The notes under the pieces were generated by a model that did no database searches, was not told where the DNA came from, and saw nothing but the letters and a program-made list of their open reading frames with translations. Shown piece by piece: positions 10,257-20,393 of a stretch of DNA of 64,000 bases. Position 1 is the first letter of the stretch. Each line of letters starts with the position of its first letter. The translations under genes and the position numbers were made by a program. The DNA is from Planktothrix sp. GU0601_MAG3 (lineage in GTDB: Bacteria; Cyanobacteriota; Cyanobacteriia; Cyanobacteriales; Microcoleaceae): assembly GCA_035193785.1 (NCBI GenBank), contig CP136572.1, positions 4,756,578-4,820,577 on the forward strand. The letters are read 5' to 3'.

Positions 10257-10279
10257 ATCCGCCAACGCTTTGGGAATCC

Positions 10280-11123
10280 ATGACTGTTAAATTGGCAACC
10301 GAGTTTCGCACATGGCAAATAGATCTTGAAGCCGTCCTCGAGAATCATTGGTCTGCCAAGATGCGATTCTTTTTGTCGTCACCCGAAAGAAGACAAGAGA
10401 CACTGTTTGATCTTTACTTTCCGAATGGGTTAAGACCACCGTTGCTTGAGAACGTTGAGTCGAATGCGATCGATTGTGACGAATTGTTCATGGATATTTC
10501 CATTGTTGTGAATTCTATTAGAGCCTCGTATTTGGCACCGGCTATGCAGTTTCAATCAATATGTTGAATGGCTAGCTATCGATCTCGAATGGGATGAGAA
10601 AAAATGGACGCTTGATGAAGACGCCCCAAGGCCGTCCAATGTGCTTCGACAAGTTTCCGCCCAAGTATACGCCCACGCGACATTACTTTCGATTAAGTCC
10701 GGGCTTGATCGACTCGTCCGAGTCTTATCTTTTTACTATGCTGGCATTGCGGGGCATACAACTTGGGGGCACTATCGTGACAATGCTAAACCGACCGGGT
10801 TTATGGCTATTGTGCTGCGTGGCAAGGATAACGATTCATTACTGGCTGAGATAGATGCAGCCTATCAACAGTGGATTCGTTTAGCCGTCGCTCCTCGTGA
10901 TGCATTAATGCATTACCAGGATTCAAAATCTTGCTGGCATTTTCTTCCTGAAGAATCAGCAGAGATTCAGACACATTGGATCAGTGATGGCAAGGGAAAT
11001 GAATACGGTTTCGGAATAGCAACAATAGGAGAGTATGTCCGAGAATTCTACCAACTTGCAGACCGGACGTTGCTCTTGCTGTCAACTCGACTCCCATGTC
11101 AATTGGAGCGCCGCTCCAAATGA
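10280..11123 (+). CDS. Putative HEPN-domain protein (~280 aa) in a gene cassette; one +1 frameshift between ~10511 and 10565
   Basis: Track ORFs 10280-10567 and 10641-11123 join through ...SFNQYVEWLAIDLEWDEKKW...; contains RDALMH (RxxxxH) in a helical context. Confidence 0.55.
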
Positions 11124-11131
11124 TCGATGAT

Positions 11132-11218
11132 GACTAACAAGCCCAGTGCAGCGGACTATTGAAAGCTGCTGGTGCTGAGTTTGAGATTACTAACAACTGC
11201 TGACCGCAACCGTTATCT
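11132..11218 (+). other. attC-like integron cassette recombination site (87 bp)
   Basis: GACTAAC (R'') 8 bp after the stop, TGCAGCGG (L''), CTGCTGA (L'), GTTATCT (R'). Imperfect palindrome with an extra G in L''. Confidence 0.7.
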
Positions 11219-11315
11219 CCCATCCTAAACTACACTAACTCAATGGAGTTGCAAGTTCATCCTTGAGAAAATCAATAAAGTATTTTAACTTGGCAGGTAA
11301 AATCTTCCTCTTGAA

Positions 11316-12599
11316 CAGGACTTACGCAAGCACACTATATATAGCGTGTCAAAAGTAGGCGATCGCATACCAATGATAATAGCAATCGCCTGATTATTTA
11401 TTTAAAAACAAACCTAAAACAATCAAACAAGTTCCATTTTTATCGAAGGAAAATTCAGTTCTTTGATTAGATAATTTGACAGAGATTCAGCTTTTAACTG
11501 ATAGACTGTTTTCTTCGTCAGATGAGCTAATCTTTTCAATTGATTCCAAACTAAAATGGCACAAGCAATATGATTTCTTTGAATACTAGCTTTACGACAC
11601 TGGCAAGATTCAATCCCGGTTAATGGCTTAATTTCTCGGTGAAACTCCTCTATTTTCCAGCGAATAGCACAGGTTTTTTTCGCATCTGATGTAGATGCTT
11701 GAGTTAAGTCATTAGTTGCTACATATTCCGTTCTGTTGGTAGAAACAATAACCCGAAATAGCTTGACTTTATGAGATTTAGGGAAATTTTTGATTTTGAT
11801 TAACTTCCCTGAATTTTCTTCAGTATTAGACCAGTTTAACTTTTCAATTGATTGGTATTTTTCTTTTCCTCCTGTGTCATCTACTAAACGATTCTTTTTC
11901 AATGGGCAATAATAAATTTTTCCTAATTCATCAATCATTGCCATTAGTTTTTGTGACCCATACCAGCTATCCATAAGGACTTTTGTGAAGGGGAGTTGTT
12001 TTTCTGTTACCAGATTATTCAACATATCAGCTACATGATCTAGTTTGGTTTTATCATCATGCTCTGGCTCATATATGCGATAATCGCTTCCCCCAAAATA
12101 AACCGAGTTCTGGATTAACATAAACACAGTTAACTAACCCAATACCTGACAGTACACGATGTTCTGTTCCGCTATATTGACGACGGACTAATTCAATCTT
12201 TTCTCCAAACCTTTTATCCAATACTGTATCATCAAAAATGATCGCACTATTTTCACTGATTTGGATATCTTTTTTGACATTTTGCCACAAAGATTCCGAA
12301 GTAAAATTTTCTTTGGTTAAGTAACGGTTTATGGTATCATGGCTAACGTTTTCTAAGTGGTTGGCTAAGTTATTTAGAGTATAATTGTTTGGGCTGCTCA
12401 ATAGATATTGGCAGTAATCTAATTGGCTAAACGACATATTTTTTATCCCAAGTTAACTTAATCAGTTTAGCATAAATATTGACTAATAAATATCTGTCAA
12501 TTAGTATAATTTTTGTGTCTAAATTTTATATTGCTGGCGCAAATACTTGAACAATTGGCAGCACCTCACACTATATATAGTGTCCTTGCGTAAGTCCTG
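11316..12599 (-). mobile_element. IS701-type insertion sequence, 1284 bp
   Basis: 33-bp terminal inverted repeats CAGGACTTACGCAAG(C/G)ACACTATATATAG(C/T)GTG (31/33) enclosing a DDE transposase. No target duplication seen. Confidence 0.88.
11423..12437 (-). CDS. IS701-family DDE transposase (frameshift near 12090)
   Basis: LDYCQYLLSS, SHDTINRYL, IIFDDTVLDK, VLMDSWY and RWKIEEFHRE motifs. Confidence 0.88.
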
Positions 12600-12682
12600 T
12601 CGATGCTCCTTTGCCGGAAGATCAGCGAGAGTGCGTTCGAGGGTAAATGAAGATTCTGCTAGATACTCACATCTTTTTATGA
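12600..12682 (+). pseudogene. Toxin-antitoxin remnant: 3' end of a Phd-type antitoxin and the first 11 codons of a PIN/VapC toxin
   Basis: DAPLPED followed by ATG at 12647 reading MKILLDTHIFL*; 12600-12654 is 53/55 identical to 13690-13744. Confidence 0.75.
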
Positions 12683-12781
12683 AAATAGCCTATGCTGATT
12701 GGGAAGCCGGAATGTGTTCTTCTTCTGTCTCAGTTAGGTAGCTACTTTGACCGCAGCATAACATAGTCTTTGAGGTGAATA

Positions 12782-13024
12782 ATGAATGCACAACTGATGA
12801 TTCAACCCTCCTCTTTTATTGATGCTGGAATTCAAATCAAGCCAGTTCGAGGATTGTTCTTATTCAAATTTAGCGAAGATCTGCAAGAGCGACTGGAGAG
12901 TCTGAACGAGAAACAGCGAGAGTCGCAGTTGACACGCGATGAAGCAGTAGAGTTGACTGGAATTTTGGAACTCGACCGAATTTTCACGCTGCTCAATGCA
13001 AAAATTATTGCTGAGTCTATGTAG
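12782..13024 (+). CDS. Small helical hypothetical protein coupled to the HNH gene
   Basis: 80 aa, GAGGTG ribosome-binding site, stop 2 bp before the HNH start. Confidence 0.75.
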   Translation: MNAQLMIQPSSFIDAGIQIKPVRGLFLFKFSEDLQERLESLNEKQRESQLTRDEAVELTGILELDRIFTLLNAKIIAESM

Positions 13025-13026
13025 GT

Positions 13027-13477
13027 ATGGCGATTTCAAAAAAGATTCGGCAACAAGTTCGAGAACGGGCTAAGTATTTGTGTGAATACTGTCACTCTTC
13101 CGAAGAAGCTAGTGCAGCCCGGTTTGAAATTGATCACATCCAGCCGCGATCGCGTGGAGGAGCAAATACATTTGAAAATTTGGCTTTGGCTTGTCAGCGA
13201 TGTAATAGCTACCGTTACAACTTCACAGAAGGAAACTGACCCAGAATCTCAAGTTTCTACTCATTTGTTTAACCCACGACTGGATCAGTGGAATGAGCAT
13301 TTTGTTTGGGAGAAGGGCGGTCTGGTGATCCGAGGCAAGACTTCAATTGGACGTGCAACGTGTGATCGCTTAGATTTGAACGACCAAGAGCATAATGAGG
13401 GGGCAATTGTTAAAGCACGTCGTCTTTGGATTCATGGCGGTTGGCATCCACCATCCGATGATGCTATTGAATCTTAA
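13027..13477 (+). CDS. HNH endonuclease (frameshift near 13235)
   Basis: CEYC, EIDHIQPRSRGG, NLALACQRCN, then LFNPRLDQWNEHF and GRAT in the next frame. Confidence 0.88.
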
Positions 13478-13502
13478 CTCAGATAGAAGGGCGGTTGCAT
13501 CG

Positions 13503-13748
13503 GTGTTGAACGTCACTGTTGATGAAATACAACGCGATCCCTTGAAATATCTGCGCCAAGTAGAGGCAGGTGAAACTCTTGTGATTGTTAGATCTGATCA
13601 GGCGATCGCTGAGATTAGACCTATTATTAGTAGTAAGCAGTTACGACCATTTGGTTTGTGTGCAGGCGAGTTTACCGTCCCAAATGATTTCGATGCTCCT
13701 TTGCCGGAAGATCAGCGAGAGTGCATTCGAGGGCAAATGAAGATGTAG
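13503..13748 (+). CDS. Phd/YefM-type antitoxin, C-terminus frameshifted, partner toxin missing
   Basis: YLRQVEAGETLVIVR...IAEIRP...RPFGLCAGEFTVPNDFDAPLPED. The overlapping toxin start ATGAAGAT is cut off by the REP at 13745. Confidence 0.8.
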   Translation: MLNVTVDEIQRDPLKYLRQVEAGETLVIVRSDQAIAEIRPIISSKQLRPFGLCAGEFTVPNDFDAPLPEDQRECIRGQMKM

Positions 13749-13791
13749 TGAGCCCTTCAGGGCTCTCTAGGATGCGCTTAGGCGCAACAAC
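13745..13791. repeat. 47-bp REP doublet, right boundary of the accessory island
   Basis: GTAGTGAGCCCTTCAGGGCTCTCTAGGATGCGCTTAGGCGCAACAAC; also supplies the last codons and stop of the WD40 kinase. Confidence 0.9.
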
Positions 13792-15744
13792 GGACGCCAT
13801 ATTTTAATTGTTCCATCTTGACTCCCGCTAACTATTGTTTGATTATCGGGACTAATTGCAATGGAATAAATAATACCTGTATGTCCGGTTAAGGTACAAA
13901 TTTCTTCTCCTGTTTCTATTTCCCATAGTTTAATTGTTTGGTCTTCACTCCCACTGACTAATATTTTATTATCTGAAGTAATAGCAACAGAATAAACACC
14001 GCCTGAATGTCCTTCTAAACTTCTGATAATATTTCCTGTTCCCGGTTGCCACAATATAATCGTATTATCTCCACTTCCACTTGCTAATATTTGACCATCA
14101 GAACTAAAAGCAAGAGATAAAACATTATCTGAGTGTCCTTTAATTAAGCGCATGAGTTTTCTGGTCTGAATATTCCATATTGCTATACTGCTAAAATAGC
14201 TACTTGCTACAGTGTTACCAATAGGGGCGAAAATTATTGCTTGTTCGTGTTTTGTATCATCCCACTTATTTGTTACTAACAATGATTTTTCACCCAATGT
14301 TTGAAATATAATATAAATATTTTCATAAATTTTACGACCTCTTACTTCTTTATCATTAGTTAATAAGGCAAGATTATTTTCATTATTAGATTGAATAGCT
14401 AATGCTGTAAAAATACCATTAAGACTTTTAGTTAAAATACTAATTTCTTCTCTAGTCTCTAAACTCCAAAGTCTCACGGTTTTATCATAACTTCCACTAA
14501 CAATATTTTGACCATCAGAACTAATAGCAATTGCTCTGACTACCCCAGTATGTCCTATTAAGGTTTTCTCTAATTCTCCTGTTTTAAAATCCCAAATTTT
14601 TATTGTAAAATCTTCACTACAACTCACGATATTTTTACCGTCAGGAGTAATAGCAACCCCATAAATTACCCAAGTATGAGCAATTAATGTTTTCACACAT
14701 TCCCACTTTTGAGCTTGATTATTTAAAGGCAGTGCAAGCGTCTCGCTTGCTAATATTCCTAAATCATCGCTTGCTAATATTCCTAAATCATCGCTTGCTA
14801 ATATTCCTAAATTATTATTGTCTAATACCTCTAAATTATCAATTGCTAATTCTTCCCCAAAATTAGATAAAGAATTGTTTAAATCCGTTAAAATATCCCT
14901 AGCTGACTGATAGCGTCGTTTAATGGCACTTTCAATCATTTTATCCAAAATCAACCCTAATTCCTCACTGACCGGATGTTTTAAATGTTCTCGCCAAACC
15001 CAGATACCCTCCTCATCATCAAATAAATCTATCGGTTCCACTTGGGTTAATAAATGTAGACAAGTCACCCCTAAACTATAAATATCACTGGCAAAAATAC
15101 CCTTTCCCTTCGCCTGTTCGGGGGCAATATAATCAGAAGTCCCAATAATTGTTCCGGTGACGGTAAATGCGTTTTTTTGGGTAAATTTAGCCGAACCAAA
15201 ATCCACTAAAACAAACTTTCCGTTAGGACGACGAATAATATTAGCGGGTTTAATATCCCTGTGAATCACATTTTTATCATGGATAAAATCTAATAGGGGA
15301 ATTAAACAGATTAAAAGATATTGAATCTGAGTTTGATTAAATGCTCCTTCCTGAAACTAGAATTTTTGCTAAATTTTCCCCTGCGATGAACTCTTGGATT
15401 AAATATTGTTGTTGATTAATCGTAATATAAGCTAAAAGCTCAGGAATATGAGGGTATTTACCTAATTCATCTAACCTAATTGCCTCTTGTGCAAATAATT
15501 CCGATGCTTTTTGCCAGGTATCAGCATCTTGAGATTGGGGAAAAAATTGTTTGATGACACAGCGCGGTTTAGAAGGTTTATCCTCATCAACGGCTAAAAA
15601 TGTTTTGCCAAATCCCCCTTGTCCAATGATATCAATGGCTTGATATCGGTCTTTTAACCGTAGTTGATTCCCACAGGTTAAACAAAATTGACTCTGATCG
15701 GAATTATAGGGTTTAGCACATTCGGGATTCAAACAATAGGCCAT
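13767..15744 (-). CDS. Ser/Thr protein kinase with C-terminal WD40 repeats (frameshift near 15350)
   Basis: MAYCLNPEC 4-Cys prefix, GQGGFG, HRDIKPAN, DFG, YIAPE; multiple GH...W[DE] repeats. Confidence 0.93.
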
Positions 15745-15948
15745 AGAAACATTTCTAGCATTCCAGTCCAATTGGAGAATATTCCATTGGATCGGTAATA
15801 GCCATCCTTACTTTGTGTCAAGGGTACTTTTGTGGTTATTTTAACACAACAATAGCTGGCAATGACTCAAAAATAGCCATTGCCAGTCTAAAGTTTGTGT
15901 AGGTTCAAATTCAGTCTCAGGATTTAGTTAAAAACAATATTCCTGGGA

Positions 15949-16350
15949 TTATTCTTCGTCGTCTCCAGCTTCAACTTGTTTGAGGTGAATATGCTTACGT
16001 CCGAGGGAAATTTCAAACTCGTCACCAGCCGTTAAATCCATTTGTTTTGTATAGGCTGCACCAATCAACAAGTTTCCATTTGATTGCACACTAATTCTAT
16101 AACTAGCGGAGCGTCCACCCCGGCCGTTTCCTTGTTGTTTGCCATCTAACTCAATTCCCTCAGCATCAATTAAGGCATTGAGGAATTTCATCATGTTGAC
16201 ACGCTCAACATTATTCTTAGTCAGGGTGTAGTAACCACATTCTCTAGCCTTTTCCTCTTTGCTCAGATGTTCAAGTCCTTTGACTTTATCGAGTAGAGCT
16301 TCTCCAGTTAGAGGCTGAGGTTGGGGATCAGAACTTTTCTTTTTAACCAT
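15949..16350 (-). CDS. Cyanobacterial AbrB-like regulator (probably cyAbrB2/CalB clade)
   Basis: LTGEALL, CGYY, VNMMKFLNALIDAEG and RISVQSNGNLLIG motifs. Confidence 0.9.
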   Translation of the reverse strand: MVKKKSSDPQPQPLTGEALLDKVKGLEHLSKEEKARECGYYTLTKNNVERVNMMKFLNALIDAEGIELDGKQQGNGRGGRSASYRISVQSNGNLLIGAAYTKQMDLTAGDEFEISLGRKHIHLKQVEAGDDEE

Positions 16351-16819
16351 TAACTTTGCCTGTAAATATTTTACTAAAGGTCTTGACTTTTATCGTGGGT
16401 GGGTGATAGATCACCCAGATCGTTTAGCTAGATCCTTACTTGAGAAACTATATTACACTAATTCAGAAAATTATTCACCTATTTTTTAAATTTTTTATTG
16501 GATCTAATTCCGGTCAAGGAGTTGAGTGGAAGGGTGGGACATCCAACAACTCGGGATCGGGTTCAGCTATCAGCTTTTCGGGAATAGTATCAATCCCTAT
16601 CGCATCAACTTAAACCCCCCTTTCAATCTAAAACTCACCTGTCCAGACTGATGAGAAGTTATCAACTCCAGACTAAACTCTTGAGGGAAGGATATTGCCG
16701 TGGTATTGCTGAGAGTTGTAGCGAATTCCGTTTAAGTATGCTCAACTTGGTAGAATTACCTCAAGACCATCTTTGTCCTTTGAAACTCCATTGCCAAGTT
16801 ATCTATTTTATTACCCAGA

Positions 16820-17264
16820 ATGAAGTTAACTACACGGGGACACTATAGCGTTAAAGCCTTGCTTGATCTATCCCTACAACGGGGGATGGGGCCGACTTCT
16901 GTAAATGCGATCGCACAGCGCCAAAATATTCCTGCACCCTATCTGGAAAAACTCCTGATCGAGATGCGACGATCGGGGTTAGTTGAATCAGTTAGAGGTG
17001 CTCAAGGAGGCTATCAATTGGCAAAATCTCCAGCCCAAATCTCCCTAGGACAAATATTAGAAGCAGTGGGAGAAACTATTGAAACCCTTACCCCGCCATC
17101 AAGTGGATATTGAACAAGCAGAAGACTGGGTGACTTTTACCCTGTGGAATCGGTTACACCAAAAGCTGAAAGAGGCACTCTATGGGATTTCCCTGGAGGA
17201 TCTCTATTATGATGCTCGCAGTTGGCAAGCCGCCCAGGGGGAAGAAACAAGTTTTGTGGTTTAG
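16820..17264 (+). CDS. Rrf2-family transcriptional regulator (frameshift near 17085)
   Basis: MKLTTRGHYSVKALLDL, YLEKLL, SVRGAQGGYQL; continues EDWVTFTLWNRL. Confidence 0.92.
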
Positions 17265-17327
17265 GAAATTTTGCACCCTAGAAGTTGAGTTCCAGATTGA
17301 TTGTCCTTTTCTATTTATCGATTGTCC

Positions 17328-18326
17328 ATGACGGATTTTAATTCCCTGATCATTTTATTGATTGCGGCTGCGGGTGATTATCTGATTGGAGATCCCAAAA
17401 GTTGGTTACATCCGGTGCAGGTGATGGGGTGGATAATCACTTACTATACTCAAATTTTCTTTAAATACTTTAATCAACCGAGAATTCTGCGGGTGGCGGG
17501 GGTGTTTCTGACCCTAATTGTGATATGGGGGAGTGCCTTGGCGGTGATGTTAATTAGAGATGGGGTACGGGTGCTAGTTGTCAAATTTTCACTGCCGGAA
17601 ATTTTGAGTATTGCAGTAGAAAGTATTCTCCTGGCCAGTTGTTTTGCGGGTCGCAGTTTAAGGGACTCCGCCGAGGATGTTCTCTATTGGATTGATCAAG
17701 GAGATTTGGTCACGGCTCGTCAACGATTAAGTCGTTATGTAGGTCGAGATACCGAAACCCTATCGGAGTCAGAAATCCTTAGAGCCGTTTTAGAAACCGT
17801 CACGGAAAATGCCACCGATGGTGTGATGGCTCCTTTATTTTATGCCTTAATTGGTGCGGTACTGCCGGGGGTCGGTAGTGTCCCCCTTACTTTTGCCTAC
17901 AAAGCCGCTAGTACCCTTGATTCTATGGTGGGTTATCGAGAGGCTCCCTATGGGGATATTGGATGGTTTAGTGCCAAATTAGAGGATATTTTGACCTGGC
18001 TTCCCTGTCGATTAACGGTGATCATGATCGCCATATTATCAGGAAAACCGAAATATGTTTTAAGTATTTGTCAACGGGATGCTGTTTTTGATCCGAGTCC
18101 GAATGCGGGATGGAGTGAATGTGCTTATGCTGCCGCCTTGGGGGTACAACTGGGGGGAGAAAATTCCTATCGGGGGGTGATTAAACAGAAACCTTTGTTG
18201 GGAGATCCCCAACAACCGATTACCTCTAATACCATAAAAAAAGCATTGCAACTGACTCGATACAGTTTTTTAATTACGTTAGGATTATTTACGGGGGGAT
18301 TTATCCTTTTGAACTGGGGGAACTAA
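17328..18326 (+). CDS. cbiB: Adenosylcobinamide-phosphate synthase CbiB/CobD
   Basis: [32 protein letters not shown] and SPNAG motifs. Confidence 0.94.
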   Translation: MTDFNSLIILLIAAAGDYLIGDPKSWLHPVQVMGWIITYYTQIFFKYFNQPRILRVAGVFLTLIVIWGSALAVMLIRDGVRVLVVKFSLPEILSIAVESILLASCFAGRSLRDSAEDVLYWIDQGDLVTARQRLSRYVGRDTETLSESEILRAVLETVTENATDGVMAPLFYALIGAVLPGVGSVPLTFAYKAASTLDSMVGYREAPYGDIGWFSAKLEDILTWLPCRLTVIMIAILSGKPKYVLSICQRDAVFDPSPNAGWSECAYAAALGVQLGGENSYRGVIKQKPLLGDPQQPITSNTIKKALQLTRYSFLITLGLFTGGFILLNWGN

Positions 18327-18367
18327 TCTCGCATTGTTTAAAAAACTCAAGATTGTTAATCCTTAAT

Positions 18368-18908
18368 ATGACAAAAATTGTTGAAATTCTGTCTGCGGCT
18401 GAAATCCGGCGAACACTCACCCGGATGGCTTCCCAAATTGTGGAAAAATACGGGGATTTAGATAATTTAGTCCTACTCGGAATCTACACCCGGGGGGTTC
18501 TGTTGGCGGAAATTTTGGCTCATCAAATTGAAGTCTTGGAACAGGTAAGGGTTTCCGATGGGGGCCTTGGATATTACGTTTTATCGAGATGATTTAGACC
18601 AAGTGGGAATGCGAACTCCAGAAAAAACTAAAATTCCCTTTGACTTGACGGGGAAAACCGTGGTTTTAGTGGATGATGTGATTTATAAAGGTAGAACAAT
18701 TCGGGCGGCGCTGAACGCGGTGATCGATTATGGACGTCCTGAAACCATTGGGTTAGCGGTTCTGGTGGATCGGGGTCATCGGCAACTTCCGATTCATCCT
18801 GATTTTACAGGTAAAATACTCCCCACCGCCAAGGAAGAACAGGTGAAGGTCTATTTAGAAGATCTGGATGGACGGGATGCGGTGGAATTATTGTCTCCGA
18901 TTTCTTAG
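18368..18908 (+). CDS. pyrR: PyrR regulator / uracil phosphoribosyltransferase (frameshift near 18556)
   Basis: [31 protein letters not shown] and DRGHRQLPI motifs. Confidence 0.94.
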
Positions 18909-18928
18909 AAAAAATCTCAGAAAAAACC

Positions 18929-18974
18929 GTTGTTGCGCTTCAGCGCTCTTAGTCAGGCCTTGAGCAGCAACAAC
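18929..18974. repeat. REP-like doublet between convergent genes
   Basis: GTTGTTGCGCTTCAGCGC...GCAGCAACAAC, related to the right half of the 47-bp island repeats. Confidence 0.6.
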
Positions 18975-18992
18975 CAACTTTTTTCAGGGCGC

Positions 18993-20322
18993 TTAGGTTT
19001 GTTTTCCCTTCAATAAATAGGTGGTCATTTGTCCTTTACCTTTGACCTCAATAACTCCTCGCTTTTCAAATAGATATTTTTCTTTTAACACAAAATAGGT
19101 GGTTTCTGTAACTTGAATTTCATCAGCAATACCATGGGACTCCATGCGACTGGCAATATTAACCGTATCTCCCCATAAATCATAAATAAACTTCTTAATT
19201 CCAATGACTCCCGCCACTACCGGGCCAGTAGCAATTCCAATTCTAATATGAAAATTTTGTTGGGTTTTGAGATTAAATTCTCCCAAGGTTTTTTGCATAT
19301 CTAATGCCATATTGGCGATCGCTTCTGCATAATCATCATGGGGAATTGGCAAACCGGAAACCACCATATAAGAATCACCGATAGTTTTAATTTTTTCTAA
19401 CCCATGGAGTTCAGCTAAATGATCAAATTCCGAAAAGATTTGATTGAGTAAATCAACTAATTGTGGCGGATCAAAACGTCCTGAAAGTTCAGTAAAACCG
19501 ACAATATCAGCAAATAAAACCCCAGCATCGGTGAAACTATCGGCAATCGTAGTGGGTTTCAGTTTTAACCTTTGGGCAATGGAATGGGGTAGAATATTTA
19601 AGAGTAAACTTTCTGAGCGTTTCCTGTTCTTCTTTAACTTGACTATAGGCCAGTTCTAAGGCTTGACGAGAGTTAAATTCTGATCGGGCTAAACGATCAT
19701 ATAAATACACCGAAAGATTACAAATTAAACAAATCCAAAATAGATAGAGAAACAGGAAATCAGCCGTCATCCAATCGGCGGGAAGCTCAACTTTTAGATT
19801 GAATAAAATTTGACTACCATGATAATAAACAAATACCCCTAATTGCGAAATTAAATGCAACGGCCAATAGACCGGAATTAAGGTGGCTTGGGAAAAAAAC
19901 ATCAGGGGCCATTCAATAATTGAAGCCCGGGCGACTCCACTTAAGGTTTCTCGAATTTGGGGGGTAATGGTCACCAACCAAGAAAATAGTAGAAACATTG
20001 AGGCTGGATGTTGGTGACCCAGGGGAGTTCTCAGGAGCAATAAACCGATAATTAAACCGCACTCGACGACGATTTGCGTGGCTAACCAAGAGGGTTGAAA
20101 ATGCTCAGGATTAAAGAAAAAGTTGTTGATTTCTGAAATACTAAAGGTAAAATAGGAAACCAGGGCTAGGCTAAACCCTAAATTTAAGCGTTTTTGAATG
20201 AAATGCTTTCGCCAACCATCATAAGTCGGAGTCTGAGATAGAACAAAACCAGAAGAAAATATCTTCAATTTTGTTTGAATAAATGCCCCAAATTCTGCTA
20301 GTCTTGATTCAGTTGTAGTCAT
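18993..20322 (-). CDS. Membrane-bound class III adenylate/guanylate cyclase (frameshift near 19622)
   Basis: Multi-TM N-terminus; LFADIVGFT and KIKTIGDSY encoded at 19370-19520; RIGIATG and YDLWGDTVNIASRMES. Confidence 0.92.
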
Positions 20323-20393
20323 GGGTTACTTGGGTTTCCTGAAGGAGATTCATACAATCTTACGAGGATCAATTATTTTCCAATTACCTTGAA

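Noticed and set aside
9949..10311. 120-aa minus-strand ORF as an integron integrase
   Set aside because: No tyrosine recombinase motifs. It runs through the attI-like site and the REP and overlaps moxR antisense.
10594..10854. Separate 86-aa ORF
   Set aside because: Alternative frame inside the joined 10280-11123 gene.
13767..14720. Diversity-generating retroelement target/template pair involving the kinase 3' end and 10055-10111
   Set aside because: The similarity is limited to the ~47-55-bp REP doublet and no reverse transcriptase is present.
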